Below are positions 63,782 to 64,000 of a stretch of DNA of 64,000 bases, one piece after another. The translations under genes and the position numbers were made by a program. This DNA comes from Stenotrophomonas sp. (GTDB taxonomy: Bacteria > Pseudomonadota > Gammaproteobacteria > Xanthomonadales > Xanthomonadaceae). The stretch is taken from positions 3,397 to 67,396 of the forward strand of contig DATLJF010000211.1 in NCBI GenBank assembly GCA_035539015.1, given 5' to 3'. Under the pieces are notes generated by a model that had not been told where the DNA came from, ran no database searches, and was given only the letters and a program-made list of their open reading frames with translations. The stretch's first letter is position 1; every line of letters starts with the position of its first letter.

Positions 63782-64000
63782 TCAGGCGTGGCCGAGGTCG
63801 GCCAGCGGGTGCGCCGCGGCCGTCCAGGGCGATTGGAAGAAAGGGGCGGCCCAGGCCGCGTCGGCCTGCGCCAGGGTGGCCGGCTGCCAGTGCGGCTGGC
63901 GGTCCTTGTCGATCAGCAGCGCGCGGATGCCTTCGGCGAAATCGCCGTGCGCGGCCGCATGTAGCGCCACCCCATACTCGGTGCGAAAAGTGTCGGCCAG
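63782..64000 (-). CDS. 3-hydroxyisobutyryl-CoA hydrolase / enoyl-CoA hydratase family, C-terminal fragment (5' end outside window)
   Basis: The frame is open to the window edge. ...LADTFRTEYGVALHAAAHGDFAEGIRALLIDKDRQPHWQP... is typical of the hydrolase C-terminus. Adjacent to mmsB. Confidence 0.7.
   Translation of the reverse strand: MADTFRTEYGVALHAAAHGDFAEGIRALLIDKDRQPHWQPATLAQADAAWAAPFFQSPWTAAAHPLADLGHA

Overview
This is a high-GC chromosomal segment (roughly 65-70% by eye). Gene content, protein sequences and REP-type palindromes look like Xanthomonadaceae (Xanthomonas or a close relative); this is an inference from recalled similarity, not a search. I support about 60 protein-coding genes. 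I recognised no rRNA, tRNA, CRISPR array, transposase, integrase or phage genes. Most of the very long ORFs in the six-frame track are GC-driven antisense artefacts of real genes.

Main content, in order:
- 1-5.9 kb: TonB-dependent receptor fragment, metG, an RnfB-like ferredoxin, and a 476-bp convergent intergenic region packed with perfect hairpins.
- 6.1-10.1 kb: mprF and acvB/virJ arranged tail to tail.
- 10-19 kb: a run of small metabolic and stress genes.
- 19.4-21.4 kb: an ECF sigma / anti-sigma / DUF4097 operon.
- 22.4-23.9 kb: a soluble PAS histidine kinase plus a single-domain response regulator.
- 24.2-32.8 kb: two paralogous subtilisin (S8) autotransporters in opposite orientation. 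One is a NalP/SphB1-like lipoprotein with a poly-Pro linker.
- 32.9-35.1 kb: a thiolase and two tandem Ala-rich lipoproteins.
- 35.1-42.7 kb: aidB divergent from the four-gene ligase-associated DNA damage response cluster (exonuclease, ATP-dependent ligase, Lhr-type helicase, PdeM).
- 44.1-49.6 kb: a csp gene, an MTA/MTI phosphorylase-hpt-nagZ run, a CYTH-domain gene and rlmD.
- 50.5-59.3 kb: the conserved block rpoE-rseA-mucD-lepA-lepB-DUF4845-rnc-era-recO.
- 59.5-64 kb: a fadB-like gene, czcD, mmsB and a partial 3-hydroxyisobutyryl-CoA hydrolase-like gene.

I found no clear novel multi-gene system. The most checkable unusual items are:
- A 60-codon, Arg-rich ORF that exactly bridges the exonuclease and ligase genes, with overlapping stop/start codons at both ends.
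- A Cys/His-rich small ORF divergent from the ECF operon.
- A REP-like element translated inside the metG linker.
- Tandem hairpin units with compensatory substitutions at 4.7 kb.
- The inverted pair of S8 autotransporters.
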